Positions 19,805 to 29,207 of a stretch of DNA of 64,000 bases are shown in pieces. This stretch comes from Candidatus Marinacidobacterales bacterium (GTDB taxonomy: Bacteria; Acidobacteriota; Vicinamibacteria; Marinacidobacterales; DATDRI01). Made by a program: the position numbers and the translations under genes. Each line of letters begins with the position of its first letter. Position 1 is the stretch's first letter. The notes under the pieces were generated by a model, which did no database searches, was not told the DNA's origin, and saw only the letters and a program-made list of their open reading frames with translations. The stretch is from positions 4,384,001 to 4,448,000 of the forward strand of contig OZ245365.1 in NCBI GenBank assembly GCA_965226495.1, in the 5' to 3' direction.

Positions 19805-21115
19805 ATGAAGTGGACGGACCGGAACCTCGGCGTGTTGTTGGTGGTCTGCCTGTCGCTAGCAGTCCCCGCCGCAGCACAAGAAGGGCCGGTTACTTTTGAG
19901 TTCAGTTTTTCGAACCCGGGCGCGCGCAGCATGGGTTTGGGAGGAGCCTTCGCGGCCATTGCGGACGATGCCACTGCAGCATTCAGCAATCCCGCGGGAC
20001 TCGTCCAGCTACTAGAGCCAGAGGTCTCGCTCGAGGGACGCCGTTGGTCGTACAACACGCCCTTCGTCGCGGGCGGACGTGCATCGGGCGAGCCCACCGG
20101 CATCGGCCTCGATACGGTCAGCGGACCCCGTTACGGCGTCTCTTCGGAAGCGCTCGCCGGTCTCTCCTTCTTGTCCTTCGTTTACCCGGGCAAGAAGTGG
20201 TCCATCGCCGCCTACCGACATCAGTGGGCCAACTTTAGGTTAACCAGACAGGTCGATAGCCTGTTCGGTCTCGTCGATGGCGAGCTCGCGCGCTCGGAGG
20301 ATGTTTTCGCGACCACAGATTTCAAGGTAACCAACAACGGTTTCACGGCCGCCTACCAAATGACACAAAACCTGAGCCTTGGTCTTGGAATCGTTTACTT
20401 CCAGGCGGAGATGGACTCACGGTCGGACGAATTTGCTGCGGATGAAGAAGCTTTCTTCGAAGCCAATCCCCGGCTGCCCGAGTCCCTCGACACCACCTAT
20501 CGCCTTCGCGGAAAGGACTCCGGTGTCTCTCTTCACGGCGGTTTCTTCTGGCGGCACTCAGCGCAGTGGTCCGTGGGCGGCTACTTTCGGGAAGGGCCGC
20601 AATTGATGGTGGAGATTACAGAGGTCGTGGGCCCGGCCAACGACGAGGTGCCGGCCGGAACCGTCGAGCTCGACGCCAGGACTCCGTTCAATCTTCCAAC
20701 CGTCTACGGCCTGGGCGCCGCGTTTCGCGCCAACGACGGGGCGCTGACCATTAGCTTCGAGTGGGACAGGGTCCGCTACTCCTCCATCACCAAGAGCCTC
20801 GATACAAACGTCTTCGATCCCGGGCAGATCCATCTGTCCAATGGAAACGAGCTCCATTTAGGAGTCGAGTATGTTTTCGTAACCGCGAAGCCCATCGTGG
20901 CCCTCCGCGGGGGCGCCTGGCGAGATCCTGCCCATGGTATCGATTCGGGTCCGGAGGCGGATGTCTTCGAGCAGGCCATCTTCAACGGCGGAGACGACCA
21001 AATCCATTTATCCGGAGGCGTCGGTCTGGTACTCAGCAAATTCCAATTCGACGTTGGATTCGATCTCTCGGACACGAGGGACCTGCTGTCGTTCTCGCTC
21101 GTCTTCAGATTCTAA
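19805..21115 (+). CDS. FadL/OmpP1-like outer-membrane beta-barrel
   Basis: Signal peptide, NPGARSMGLGGAF.AIADDATAAFSNPAGL hatch motif, amphipathic strands and a C-terminal Phe (SLVFRF). Confidence 0.85.
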   Translation: MKWTDRNLGVLLVVCLSLAVPAAAQEGPVTFEFSFSNPGARSMGLGGAFAAIADDATAAFSNPAGLVQLLEPEVSLEGRRWSYNTPFVAGGRASGEPTGIGLDTVSGPRYGVSSEALAGLSFLSFVYPGKKWSIAAYRHQWANFRLTRQVDSLFGLVDGELARSEDVFATTDFKVTNNGFTAAYQMTQNLSLGLGIVYFQAEMDSRSDEFAADEEAFFEANPRLPESLDTTYRLRGKDSGVSLHGGFFWRHSAQWSVGGYFREGPQLMVEITEVVGPANDEVPAGTVELDARTPFNLPTVYGLGAAFRANDGALTISFEWDRVRYSSITKSLDTNVFDPGQIHLSNGNELHLGVEYVFVTAKPIVALRGGAWRDPAHGIDSGPEADVFEQAIFNGGDDQIHLSGGVGLVLSKFQFDVGFDLSDTRDLLSFSLVFRF

Positions 21116-21125
21116 GGGAGAGTCC

Positions 21126-23591
21126 GTGCGCGATCGCCGGGGCATCCCTTTCGAGCTACTCGACCCCGAGGCGTTCGACTCCCCAGCGCTCCGCCGGCGG
21201 CCGAGTCTCTCAATTGCACTCCTTATCCTCTGCGTGGTGCTAGTGTTTCTCTTCGCACGCTCGGCCTCTGCCGAAACCTGGTTCGAGGCATACCACAAAG
21301 CCGAGGAAGCCCTGACCGACGAGCACTGGAGCGAAGCGATCCGCCACCTCAACAATGCGCTCGAGCAGAAGCCGGACTCGAGTATGCAGGTTCGCACCTA
21401 CGGCATGAGGTTCATCTCGTATTTCCCCTTCCTTAAGCTTGGAGTTGCCTACTACCACTTGGGACAGGCCGACGCCGCTTTGCAGGCTTTCGAGACCGAG
21501 GAGCGTCAAGGAGAGATCCTGGGTTCGGAAAAGGATTACGCCGAGCTCCAGAAGTACCGTGGCTTGATTCAGGAAGCCAACACGGCGGCCGAAAGCGAGA
21601 GAGAGCGACGAGCTCAGCAGGTTGTCGCCGAGAACCTGAAAGCAGCGCGAAAGCTCGAAGGGCAAGGACGCTTCGACGATGCGCTGGCTGCCCTAGCGAA
21701 GACTCTTGCTGTGGCTCCGGAGCTCACCGAGGCTCAAGAGCTGAGACAACGTCTACTGAGATCGGTCGCGGAGCAAGAGCGACGACAGGATGTCAACGAG
21801 CGCATTGCCCGCTTGCTCGATCAGGCAAGAGCCGATTTGAAGGCCGGCAACTACCGCCCGGCAGCGACAAACCTTCGGCAGGCGTTGGACCTGAGAAATG
21901 ACACCGACGTCCTCGCCCTCCTCGAGCAGGCGCAAGAAGGGATCCGCGCCGAAGTCGAGAACGAGCAGGATGCAGGTCAGCGCCAGCGTCTGATCGCTCA
22001 GGGCCTAGAACGCTCAGGCAGACTCGAGGCCGCAGGTGAGCTGATGCGCTCCCTGAATGAGCTTCAGGCCGTTCTAGTCCTCGACCCTCGAAACTCCGAT
22101 GCCCAGCGGCGCCAGGATCGAATCATCCGGCAGCAGGCGGGAGCCGAGGAGATCGAACGTCAAGCGAAGACGGTTCGTCGACTGCTTGGTGAAGCCGAGA
22201 ATATGCTGCGCGTCGGCAACTTCGACCAGGCCCTGCGGAACGCCAACCGCGTGCTCGCGTTCGAGCCGGACAATAGCGCGGCTCTCAGCTGCATCACTCG
22301 CGCCTATGCGAAGCTCAGCGATACATTACTAGCAAACAAGAACGCTCCCCCGGCTATTCTCCTCGACGATCTCCGGCACGACGAGCCGGCAGAAGCACAA
22401 GTTCAAGTGATCGGTTCGCCACAGTTCGTCCTCACCGGCTCGGTTTACGACAACACCCCGGTCGAGCTTTCCCTCATGGACGGCGACCAGGTGGTCGGAA
22501 CGCCGAGAACTCAAACCCGGCAGTTCCAAGGTGTTTGGATAACCACGTTCCGGTTTCAACAACGCATAGACCCCGGTGTGTCGACGTTCGAGGTGGTCGC
22601 GGTGGACGAGGGAGGAAAGACCGCCACCGAGACATACTCGGTCGAGTACGCCGTCCCATTCCTTCGTTCTTGGTGGTTCCCGGGTTCGATCGGGGTGGCC
22701 CTGACATGCCTGGTGTTCGGCTTCGTGGGCCTGCGGGCACGCCGCCGCCATCAGTTGCTGCACCGACGTTTCAACCCATACGTTGCCGGCGCACCCATTC
22801 TGGAGCAGAAGAGGTACTTTGGTCGCCAAGGGTTGCTCGATTACGTCCTGCGAAGGATTCACAACAACAGCATCTTAATCTATGGCGAGAGACGGATCGG
22901 GAAGACCAGCTTCCAGCATCAGCTGAAGCAATGCCTGACAACGCTCGACGACCCCGATCACAAGTTCTACCCCGTTTACATCGACCTCCAGGGCACACCA
23001 CAGGAAAAGTTCTTTTCGACCATGGCGGAGGAGGTCTTTCATGAGCTTCCGCAATACCTCGGCGGAATCCAACCCAGCTCCTCCCTGGGCCAGGACTCCT
23101 ACGGATACCGAGATTTTGTGCAGGATATTCATGGCGTCCTCAAGGCCCTCCGCGGTACAACGACGAAGAGCGTCAAGCTAGTGCTACTCATCGACGAAGT
23201 CGATGAGCTCAACGACTACGACCCGCGCGTCAACCAGAAGTTGCGGAGCCTATTCATGAGAACGTTCGCCGAGAATCTGGTCTCGGTCGTTTCCGGAGTC
23301 GAGATCAAGAAGCACTGGGAACGAGAAGGCAGCCCTTGGTACAACTTTTTCCAAGAGATCGAAGTGAAGCCTCTCGATCACAAAGAGGCGACGGCGCTCA
23401 TCGAGGCCCCGGTACGCGGCGTCTTCACTTTCGCAGACGGAGTCGTTGACGAGATTCTACGGCGAACGAACTGTAAGCCATATCTGATCCAGAGAGTTTG
23501 CTCGGCACTCGTCGACCGACTGCACGAGGAACAACGAAGAAGTTTCACCGTGGCCGATGTCGAGAGCGTCTGCCAACCCGAGGGACTCTAG
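21126..23591 (+). CDS. Membrane-anchored TPR + Ig-like + STAND-type P-loop ATPase
   Basis: GTG start after GGGAG. It has a hydrophobic signal ending ASA-E, TPR repeats, a beta-rich Ig-like domain, a TM helix (WWFPGSIGVALTCLVFGFVGL-RARRR), then NPYVAG, Walker A GERRIGKTS, Walker B LLIDEVD and KPYLIQ. Confidence 0.82.
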   Translation: MRDRRGIPFELLDPEAFDSPALRRRPSLSIALLILCVVLVFLFARSASAETWFEAYHKAEEALTDEHWSEAIRHLNNALEQKPDSSMQVRTYGMRFISYFPFLKLGVAYYHLGQADAALQAFETEERQGEILGSEKDYAELQKYRGLIQEANTAAESERERRAQQVVAENLKAARKLEGQGRFDDALAALAKTLAVAPELTEAQELRQRLLRSVAEQERRQDVNERIARLLDQARADLKAGNYRPAATNLRQALDLRNDTDVLALLEQAQEGIRAEVENEQDAGQRQRLIAQGLERSGRLEAAGELMRSLNELQAVLVLDPRNSDAQRRQDRIIRQQAGAEEIERQAKTVRRLLGEAENMLRVGNFDQALRNANRVLAFEPDNSAALSCITRAYAKLSDTLLANKNAPPAILLDDLRHDEPAEAQVQVIGSPQFVLTGSVYDNTPVELSLMDGDQVVGTPRTQTRQFQGVWITTFRFQQRIDPGVSTFEVVAVDEGGKTATETYSVEYAVPFLRSWWFPGSIGVALTCLVFGFVGLRARRRHQLLHRRFNPYVAGAPILEQKRYFGRQGLLDYVLRRIHNNSILIYGERRIGKTSFQHQLKQCLTTLDDPDHKFYPVYIDLQGTPQEKFFSTMAEEVFHELPQYLGGIQPSSSLGQDSYGYRDFVQDIHGVLKALRGTTTKSVKLVLLIDEVDELNDYDPRVNQKLRSLFMRTFAENLVSVVSGVEIKKHWEREGSPWYNFFQEIEVKPLDHKEATALIEAPVRGVFTFADGVVDEILRRTNCKPYLIQRVCSALVDRLHEEQRRSFTVADVESVCQPEGL

Positions 23592-23594
23592 AAC

Positions 23595-25529
23595 ATGCCC
23601 GTCACTCCCTATGTCGTCGGCCAGTGGGTGCGTGGAAACAAATTCTATGGCCGCCGAGAGCTCGTTGAAGGGATTCTTCACGGCAATCGCAACTGTCTGT
23701 GGCTTCTGGGCACCCGCCGCATAGGCAAGACCTCCATCCTCAAGCAGCTCGAGCACCTGACGTCGAGCTCACCCGAGCTCGGTTACTTTTCTGTATTCTG
23801 GGACTTTCAGGGTGCGGAAAAACCAGAGGATCTAAACGAGAGCTTTGGCGAGTCCTTGCTCGACGCGCTCGACCGGCTCGGAGACGTGGGTATTCCACTC
23901 GAGCGCGTACAGGCCGACGACCTGTTCGAGTCCATCAGCAGACTCCGCCGGGAGCTTCGCGGCAAGAACCTCGTGCTGCTGCTCCTAGGCGACGAAGTGG
24001 AGGAGCTGGTTCACGTCAAGGAGAAAGCACCCCGCTTCCTCCCCCGCCTTCGCCGAGCTCTGCAATCGGCGGAGAACATCCGCACCGTACTGGCCTCGAA
24101 GATCAAACTTTGGGATCTCGCGTCGGAGCAAACCAGCACGTCGCCATTCCTTCACGGTTTCACGCCGCCGCTCTTCGTTCATGGCCTCACGGACGACGAG
24201 GCACGATCGCTGGTCCGTCAGTCCCAGCTGCCCGAGGACTCGAGACCGGACTTCGACGAGAAGACGATCGAGGTCATCCGAACCCACTGCAACAATCACC
24301 CTTACCTTCTCCAACTTCTGTGCGAGCGCTACGTCGAGCGAATGGAGCTCGAGCAGGCGATCGAGGAGATCGCCACCGATCAGATGGTGCGGCACTTCTT
24401 CGCCGTCGACTTCGAGATGTTGACCGAGTCCGAGCGCAATATCATCCGCATCATCGGCGAAGAGAAGGAGGCGACCACCCACGTGATACAGGGGACGCTG
24501 GGCCTTTCGTCGGCCGCTTTGAGCGGTGATCTGTCGCGGCTCAAGAACCTCGGCTTCATCCGGCGAGCCGCCGAGGGCGACTACACCCTGGCGAACTTCT
24601 TCTTCAAGCGGTGGTTCCGTGAGCTTCCGAGAACCGAGCGCGGGGGTCCTGCCGATCCCGGTGTGCTAGAGCCCACTATCCAGGACGCGGACCTCGTAAT
24701 CGGAAACGGAGAGGAGTCTTTCGGCCGAATCGACGAGCGCTATGAGCTCCTGGGTCTCCTCGGACGAGGCGCAACCGGCAAGGTGTACAAAGCGCATGAC
24801 ACGCTCCTCAACACCGTGATCGCGGTCAAGCTGTTCAAGGCGGAGTATTGTGCCGAAGAGGAGGCCGTGGCCAGACTGCGCCGCGAGGTCTTGCTCTCGA
24901 GGAACCTCACGCATCCGAACATTCTCAAGATCTACGATCTCGGTGGCGACAATGACCAAAGGTACGTGACCATGCAATACGTGAAGGGTCCTGACCTGGC
25001 CGAGGTCATATCGAAAGAGGGTCCGCTTGCCATCGGCAAGGCGGTGGCGATCGCCACCAAGCTCGCTGCGGCCTTGGAGGCGGCTCATCAGTCCAAAGTG
25101 CTCCACCGCGACATCAAACCCTCCAACATCTTGATCGACGAGGCCGGTGAGCCACGGATCGCCGACTTCGGTGTAGCACGCCTGCTCGACGGGCCGGAGA
25201 TCACGAAGAGCGGCGTCTTCCTCGGCACCCCCGTATACGCTTCTCCGGAACAGATCACGGGTGCGAGAGTCGACGGCCGCACCGATCTCTACTCGCTGGG
25301 AGTGGTAACTTTCGAAATGGTTGTCGGCCGGCGACCCTTCGTCGCCGATAACGCCGAAAAAATGTGCAGGATGCACATAGAGGCTTCCCCGCCGCCACCG
25401 CGGGATCTCCGGCCGGAGGTATCGGAGGAGCTTTCCGCCATCTTGCTCCGCTGCCTCGCCAAGGATCCCAACCAGCGATTCCAGAATGCGGCCGAGCTGC
25501 GCGATGCGCTCGATGCGCTAGGCATCTAG
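23595..25529 (+). CDS. STAND-type ATPase + winged helix + Ser/Thr protein kinase
   Basis: TPYVVG, GTRRIGKTS, LLGDEVE, HPYLLQ and wHTH (LSRLKNLGFI), then kinase motifs GRGATG, AVK, HRDIKPSN, DFG, YASPE and DLYSLG. Confidence 0.88.
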   Translation: MPVTPYVVGQWVRGNKFYGRRELVEGILHGNRNCLWLLGTRRIGKTSILKQLEHLTSSSPELGYFSVFWDFQGAEKPEDLNESFGESLLDALDRLGDVGIPLERVQADDLFESISRLRRELRGKNLVLLLLGDEVEELVHVKEKAPRFLPRLRRALQSAENIRTVLASKIKLWDLASEQTSTSPFLHGFTPPLFVHGLTDDEARSLVRQSQLPEDSRPDFDEKTIEVIRTHCNNHPYLLQLLCERYVERMELEQAIEEIATDQMVRHFFAVDFEMLTESERNIIRIIGEEKEATTHVIQGTLGLSSAALSGDLSRLKNLGFIRRAAEGDYTLANFFFKRWFRELPRTERGGPADPGVLEPTIQDADLVIGNGEESFGRIDERYELLGLLGRGATGKVYKAHDTLLNTVIAVKLFKAEYCAEEEAVARLRREVLLSRNLTHPNILKIYDLGGDNDQRYVTMQYVKGPDLAEVISKEGPLAIGKAVAIATKLAAALEAAHQSKVLHRDIKPSNILIDEAGEPRIADFGVARLLDGPEITKSGVFLGTPVYASPEQITGARVDGRTDLYSLGVVTFEMVVGRRPFVADNAEKMCRMHIEASPPPPRDLRPEVSEELSAILLRCLAKDPNQRFQNAAELRDALDALGI

Positions 25530-25705
25530 CCGCTACCCACCCTCCATTTTCCTCCACCGCGGCTCGGTCATTTAGCGCGGCCGTCCTACAAGACGGCATC
25601 ACCTTGTCGCGGGGCACCATGAGCTCAGCAACTACAGGGAGCAAATCTACTCGATTTCTCGTCTTTATATGAGGAGCAGCTTCTCGGAGAACATCGCCGG
25701 GTCAG

Positions 25706-25734
25706 TTGACATTTGCAATGCAATGCAATACACT
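25706..25734 (+). promoter_or_regulatory. Sigma70 promoter of vapBC with a (TGCAA)x3 putative operator
   Basis: TTGACA-17 nt-TACACT; the spacer holds TGCAATGCAATGCAA. Confidence 0.8.
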
Positions 25735-25753
25735 GTGTCACAGAGAAAAAACA

Positions 25754-26008
25754 ATGGAATCTCAAATAAGCGTTCGCGTGCCCGAGGACTTGCGGCGTGC
25801 TTTGGAGGACGCCTCGCAACGGATGAACCGCAAGAGCGGTGAAATCGTTCGCATGGCTCTAAGACAGTTTCTGGCCTTGCCGCCTGGACCCGCCGATCGC
25901 CCGGCAGAACGCGTGCGGGGTCTCATCGGCTCGCTGGAGTCTGGGATTCCTGACTTGGCCGAACAGCACCGCGATTACATTCTTGACTCGCTGAAGAATG
26001 CCCGCTGA
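25754..26008 (+). CDS. vapB: Ribbon-helix-helix (CopG-like) antitoxin
   Basis: ISVRVPEDL...L...S.IVR.ALRQFL RHH pattern and a GSLESGIPDLA tail; overlaps the PIN gene. Confidence 0.85.
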   Translation: MESQISVRVPEDLRRALEDASQRMNRKSGEIVRMALRQFLALPPGPADRPAERVRGLIGSLESGIPDLAEQHRDYILDSLKNAR

Positions 26009-26417
26009 GCTGTTATTAGATACCGGCGCCCTGGTTTCACTATTGGACCGGAGCCAAACTCACCACCGTCGATGCGTTCGTTTCTTCGAGGACTGGCACG
26101 GACGCGTCGTGAGTAGCGAGGCCGTTCTCACCGAGGCTACGCATTTGCTCGGCCGCGTTCACGCCGGTAGGAAGGCTTGCATCGATTTCTTCTTGGCTGG
26201 AGGAGCCGTGCTGGCGCCATCCACTTTAGGTTCCCTGCGGCGCTGTCGAACGCTCATGGAAACCTACGAAGACCTGCCCATGGACTTCGCGGATTCGACC
26301 TTGGTGGTCCTTGCGGAAGAACTGGGTACCAACCTAGTCTTCACGACAGACCGGCGGGACTTCAGTACCTATCGCATAGGGGGGCGGAGGCGCTTCAGAG
26401 TCGAACCACAGCTTTAA
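25998..26417 (+). CDS. vapC: PIN-domain toxin
   Basis: LLDTGAL, VLTEA, MDFADSTL and FTTDRRDF. Confidence 0.92.
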   Translation: MPAELLLDTGALVSLLDRSQTHHRRCVRFFEDWHGRVVSSEAVLTEATHLLGRVHAGRKACIDFFLAGGAVLAPSTLGSLRRCRTLMETYEDLPMDFADSTLVVLAEELGTNLVFTTDRRDFSTYRIGGRRRFRVEPQL

Positions 26418-26433
26418 AAATCCAAAGGCTGCT

Positions 26434-26599
26434 CTAGTGTCCCGTCCCGGAAGTCATGTTGCATTCGAGCGCCGATGCATCCCGCCTCGCTGCGTTGCGC
26501 CTCGGTTGAATACGCGCGGTATTTCGCCCTCGCCGCGCCTTGCGATCCAGGCGCCTCGACGCTCTCGATGCTAACATCACTTCAGAATCGAACCACTAG
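26434..26599. repeat. 166-bp imperfect palindromic element bounded by CTAG (MITE/REP-like)
   Basis: CTAGTG...CACTAG ends; nested complementary blocks GAAGT.ATGTT/AACAT.ACTTC, GCAT/ATGC, GAGCG.CGA/TCG.CGCTC, TCGC/GCGA and GAATAC/GTATTT. Confidence 0.7.
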
Positions 26600-28116
26600 A
26601 CACCCATCACACGCCGGATCTCTTGCTGGTCCTCCTTCGATGGAAGTCCCCAATTCGCTTCGTAGTGAAAGAGCTCCATCGGTGTGATCGAGTTGAACCG
26701 ATCGCCTAACACCTCGAAGTGCTCGCTCGTGACCAGCGACGGATGAGCGAGCCCGCATGCGTGACTTAGCTGCAGGAGCTCCTTGCGAAGCGTGGTGACA
26801 TAGTTCGCGAGGCGCGCCGCTTTATAGGTCGGATCGAGGCCTCTCATCAGCCACCGGTTCTGGGTCGCGACCCCCGTCGGGCAATGCCCGGTGTGGCATC
26901 TCTGAGCTTGGATACACCCGATCGCCATCATCGCCTCCCGGCCCACGTTGATGAGATCGCATCCCATAGAAAATGCAAAGAGCGCATCGGCGGGAAAGCC
27001 CAGCTTGCCGGATCCGATGAAAACGACTCGGTCCGTCAGCCCCCGTTCGGCGAATACACGATAAACCCGGCTGAAGCCGACCTTGAACGGCAGGGCGACG
27101 TGATCGGTGAAGACCAGCGGGCCGGCTCCGGTGCCGCCTTCCCCTCCATCGATGGTGATGAAATCGACGCCCCGATCGGTCGTCGCCATTTGCTCCACCA
27201 GCTCGAACCAGAAATCGATGTCGCCGACTGCGGACTTGATGCCGATGGGAAGCCCGGTCTCGGAGGCCAAGTGCTCGACGAAATCGAGCATGCTGTCGAC
27301 GTCTTGGAAGCTCGAGTGACGGGCCGGGCTGATGCAGTCTCGTTCAGGCGGTACCCCACGATACGCGGCAATTTCTGCTGATACCTTGGCCGCCGGCAAA
27401 ACGCCCCCCAATCCCGGCTTCGCGCCCTGGCTGAGCTTGAGCTCGATGGCGCGGATGGGGCTTTGCGCGACGACGTCTTTAAACTTGGCGAGATCGAATG
27501 TTCCCTCGGTGTTACGGCACCCGAAATAGCCGGTCCCGATTTGCCAAATCAAATCGCCGCCGGCCTGATGATATCGAGACACACCGCCTTCTCCGGTGTT
27601 GTGCAAGCACCCCGCGAGCTTGGCGCCGCGGTTGAGGGCCTCCACGGCTCGGGCACTCAGCGAGCCGAAGCTCATCCCGGAGATATTGACGACCGAGGTC
27701 GCCCGAAAGGCCTTTGCACGTCCTCGATAGGAACCCAAGATCTTTGCCCCGGGAAGCGCGTAGCCGTCGACGGCGGTTCCAACCTCTGGATTCACGGGCA
27801 CGGACGAGGAGAACGTGGCGTGCTTGACGATGAGGTAGTTCGGTGACCGTTCGAGCTCGTTGTCGGTGCCGAACCCGACGTAGTTGTTCTGTTTCTTGGC
27901 GGATGAGTAGACCCAGCTTCTTTGGTCGCGACTGAAGGGGCGCTCTTCGTTGTTGCTGGTTACGATGTACTGCCGAAGCTCCGGCCCGACCGCTTCCAGC
28001 CAGTACCGGAAATGGCCGATGATGGGAAAGCTTCTCAGGATAGCGTGCCGGCGCTGGATGAGGTCGTAAGCGATCCAGGCCGTCAGCAGTACGGCGACAA
28101 TGATTCCAATGGACAC
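26596..28116 (-). CDS. FMN-binding glutamate synthase family protein (membrane-anchored, YerD-like)
   Basis: SGMSFGSLS, NTGEGG, IELKLSQGAKPG.GG, DGGEGGTGA and CIQAQRCHTGHCPTGVATQ. Confidence 0.92.
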   Translation of the reverse strand: MSIGIIVAVLLTAWIAYDLIQRRHAILRSFPIIGHFRYWLEAVGPELRQYIVTSNNEERPFSRDQRSWVYSSAKKQNNYVGFGTDNELERSPNYLIVKHATFSSSVPVNPEVGTAVDGYALPGAKILGSYRGRAKAFRATSVVNISGMSFGSLSARAVEALNRGAKLAGCLHNTGEGGVSRYHQAGGDLIWQIGTGYFGCRNTEGTFDLAKFKDVVAQSPIRAIELKLSQGAKPGLGGVLPAAKVSAEIAAYRGVPPERDCISPARHSSFQDVDSMLDFVEHLASETGLPIGIKSAVGDIDFWFELVEQMATTDRGVDFITIDGGEGGTGAGPLVFTDHVALPFKVGFSRVYRVFAERGLTDRVVFIGSGKLGFPADALFAFSMGCDLINVGREAMMAIGCIQAQRCHTGHCPTGVATQNRWLMRGLDPTYKAARLANYVTTLRKELLQLSHACGLAHPSLVTSEHFEVLGDRFNSITPMELFHYEANWGLPSKEDQQEIRRVMGV

Positions 28117-28235
28117 GGCAGGGCATTATGCCAAAAGCAGGCGGCGCCCGTCGAAACCCGCGCCCGACCAGGAATCGGAGACGCCCTTGCCGCCCTTGCA
28201 CGATGCCGTCTAATCTCCTACGATCCTCTCCTCAT

Positions 28236-29195
28236 ATGGTGACGACAAACAAGAGAACCGATCGACAAAACACGCTTCTGACGGAGCTCAGGAGCGTCTA
28301 CGACCTCACTCTCCCCGAGCTTCTCTATCGCGCCCAAGGGGTCCACCGGGCATCTCACGAGCCGGAGGACATCCAACGCTGCGCGCTGCTCAGTATAAAA
28401 ACGGGCGGATGCCCGGAAGATTGTGGCTACTGCGCCCAGAGCGCTCATTACGAGACCGAGGTCCCGTCGAGCGACCTCATGACGACCGAAGACGTGCTCG
28501 CCAAGGCGCGCACCGCGAAGGAAGCAGGCGCCACACGGTTCTGCATGGGCACCGCGTGGCGATCGGCGAAGGACGGCAAGGATTTCGACGCTGTCCTGGA
28601 GATGGTGCGGGGGGTACGCGATCTCGAAATGGAAGCGTGCGTTACGTTGGGCATGCTCAACGAAGCACAAGCGCGAGCGCTCAAAGAAGCCGGGCTCACC
28701 GCCTATAACCACAATCTGGATACTTCGCGCGAGTACTACCCGAACATCGTGACCACGCGGTCCTACGACGACCGGCTAGCGACCCTAGACGCGGTAGAAA
28801 AAGCCGGCATCTCGGTTTGCTGTGGCGGCATTCTAGGGTTGGGAGAAAGCGTGGAAGATCGTTTAAAGCTCTTGGTAGAGCTTCGCATGCGCGAGATCCC
28901 ACCGGAAAGCATTCCCATCAATGCCCTCATGCCGATGCCAGGAACTCCTCTCGAAGACGTGCCTCCCGTGGATGGGCTCGACATGGTTCGTTTGATCGCG
29001 ACCACCCGAATCTTCTTCCCCCAGGCACGCGTACGACTCGCCGCCGGCCGAAGCCGCATGAGCCGGGAGCTCCAGTTTCTCTGCTTTTTCGCCGGTGCGA
29101 ACTCCATCTTCTTCGGGGAGAAACTCCTTACCGCACCCAATCCCGACACGAGCGAAGACGACGAGCTGTTTCGTTCGATGGGACTTCTGTCGTAG
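28236..29195 (+). CDS. bioB: Biotin synthase
   Basis: SIKTGGCPEDCGYCAQS radical SAM motif, YNHNLDTS, CCGGI.GLGE and AGANSIF.GEKLLT; start moved to the ATG at 28236. Confidence 0.96.
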   Translation: MVTTNKRTDRQNTLLTELRSVYDLTLPELLYRAQGVHRASHEPEDIQRCALLSIKTGGCPEDCGYCAQSAHYETEVPSSDLMTTEDVLAKARTAKEAGATRFCMGTAWRSAKDGKDFDAVLEMVRGVRDLEMEACVTLGMLNEAQARALKEAGLTAYNHNLDTSREYYPNIVTTRSYDDRLATLDAVEKAGISVCCGGILGLGESVEDRLKLLVELRMREIPPESIPINALMPMPGTPLEDVPPVDGLDMVRLIATTRIFFPQARVRLAAGRSRMSRELQFLCFFAGANSIFFGEKLLTAPNPDTSEDDELFRSMGLLS

Positions 29196-29207
29196 ACAGT
29201 CCAGCGC

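Noticed and set aside
20934-21125. Extended 5' starts from the ORF track (also 19730, 28128, 31105, 25706, 33104, 36061)
   Set aside because: They overlap neighbouring genes or promoters; downstream starts give better RBS, signal peptides or family N-termini.
25530-25700. Possible gene remnant between the kinase gene and vapB
   Set aside because: I could not assign any frame to a family.
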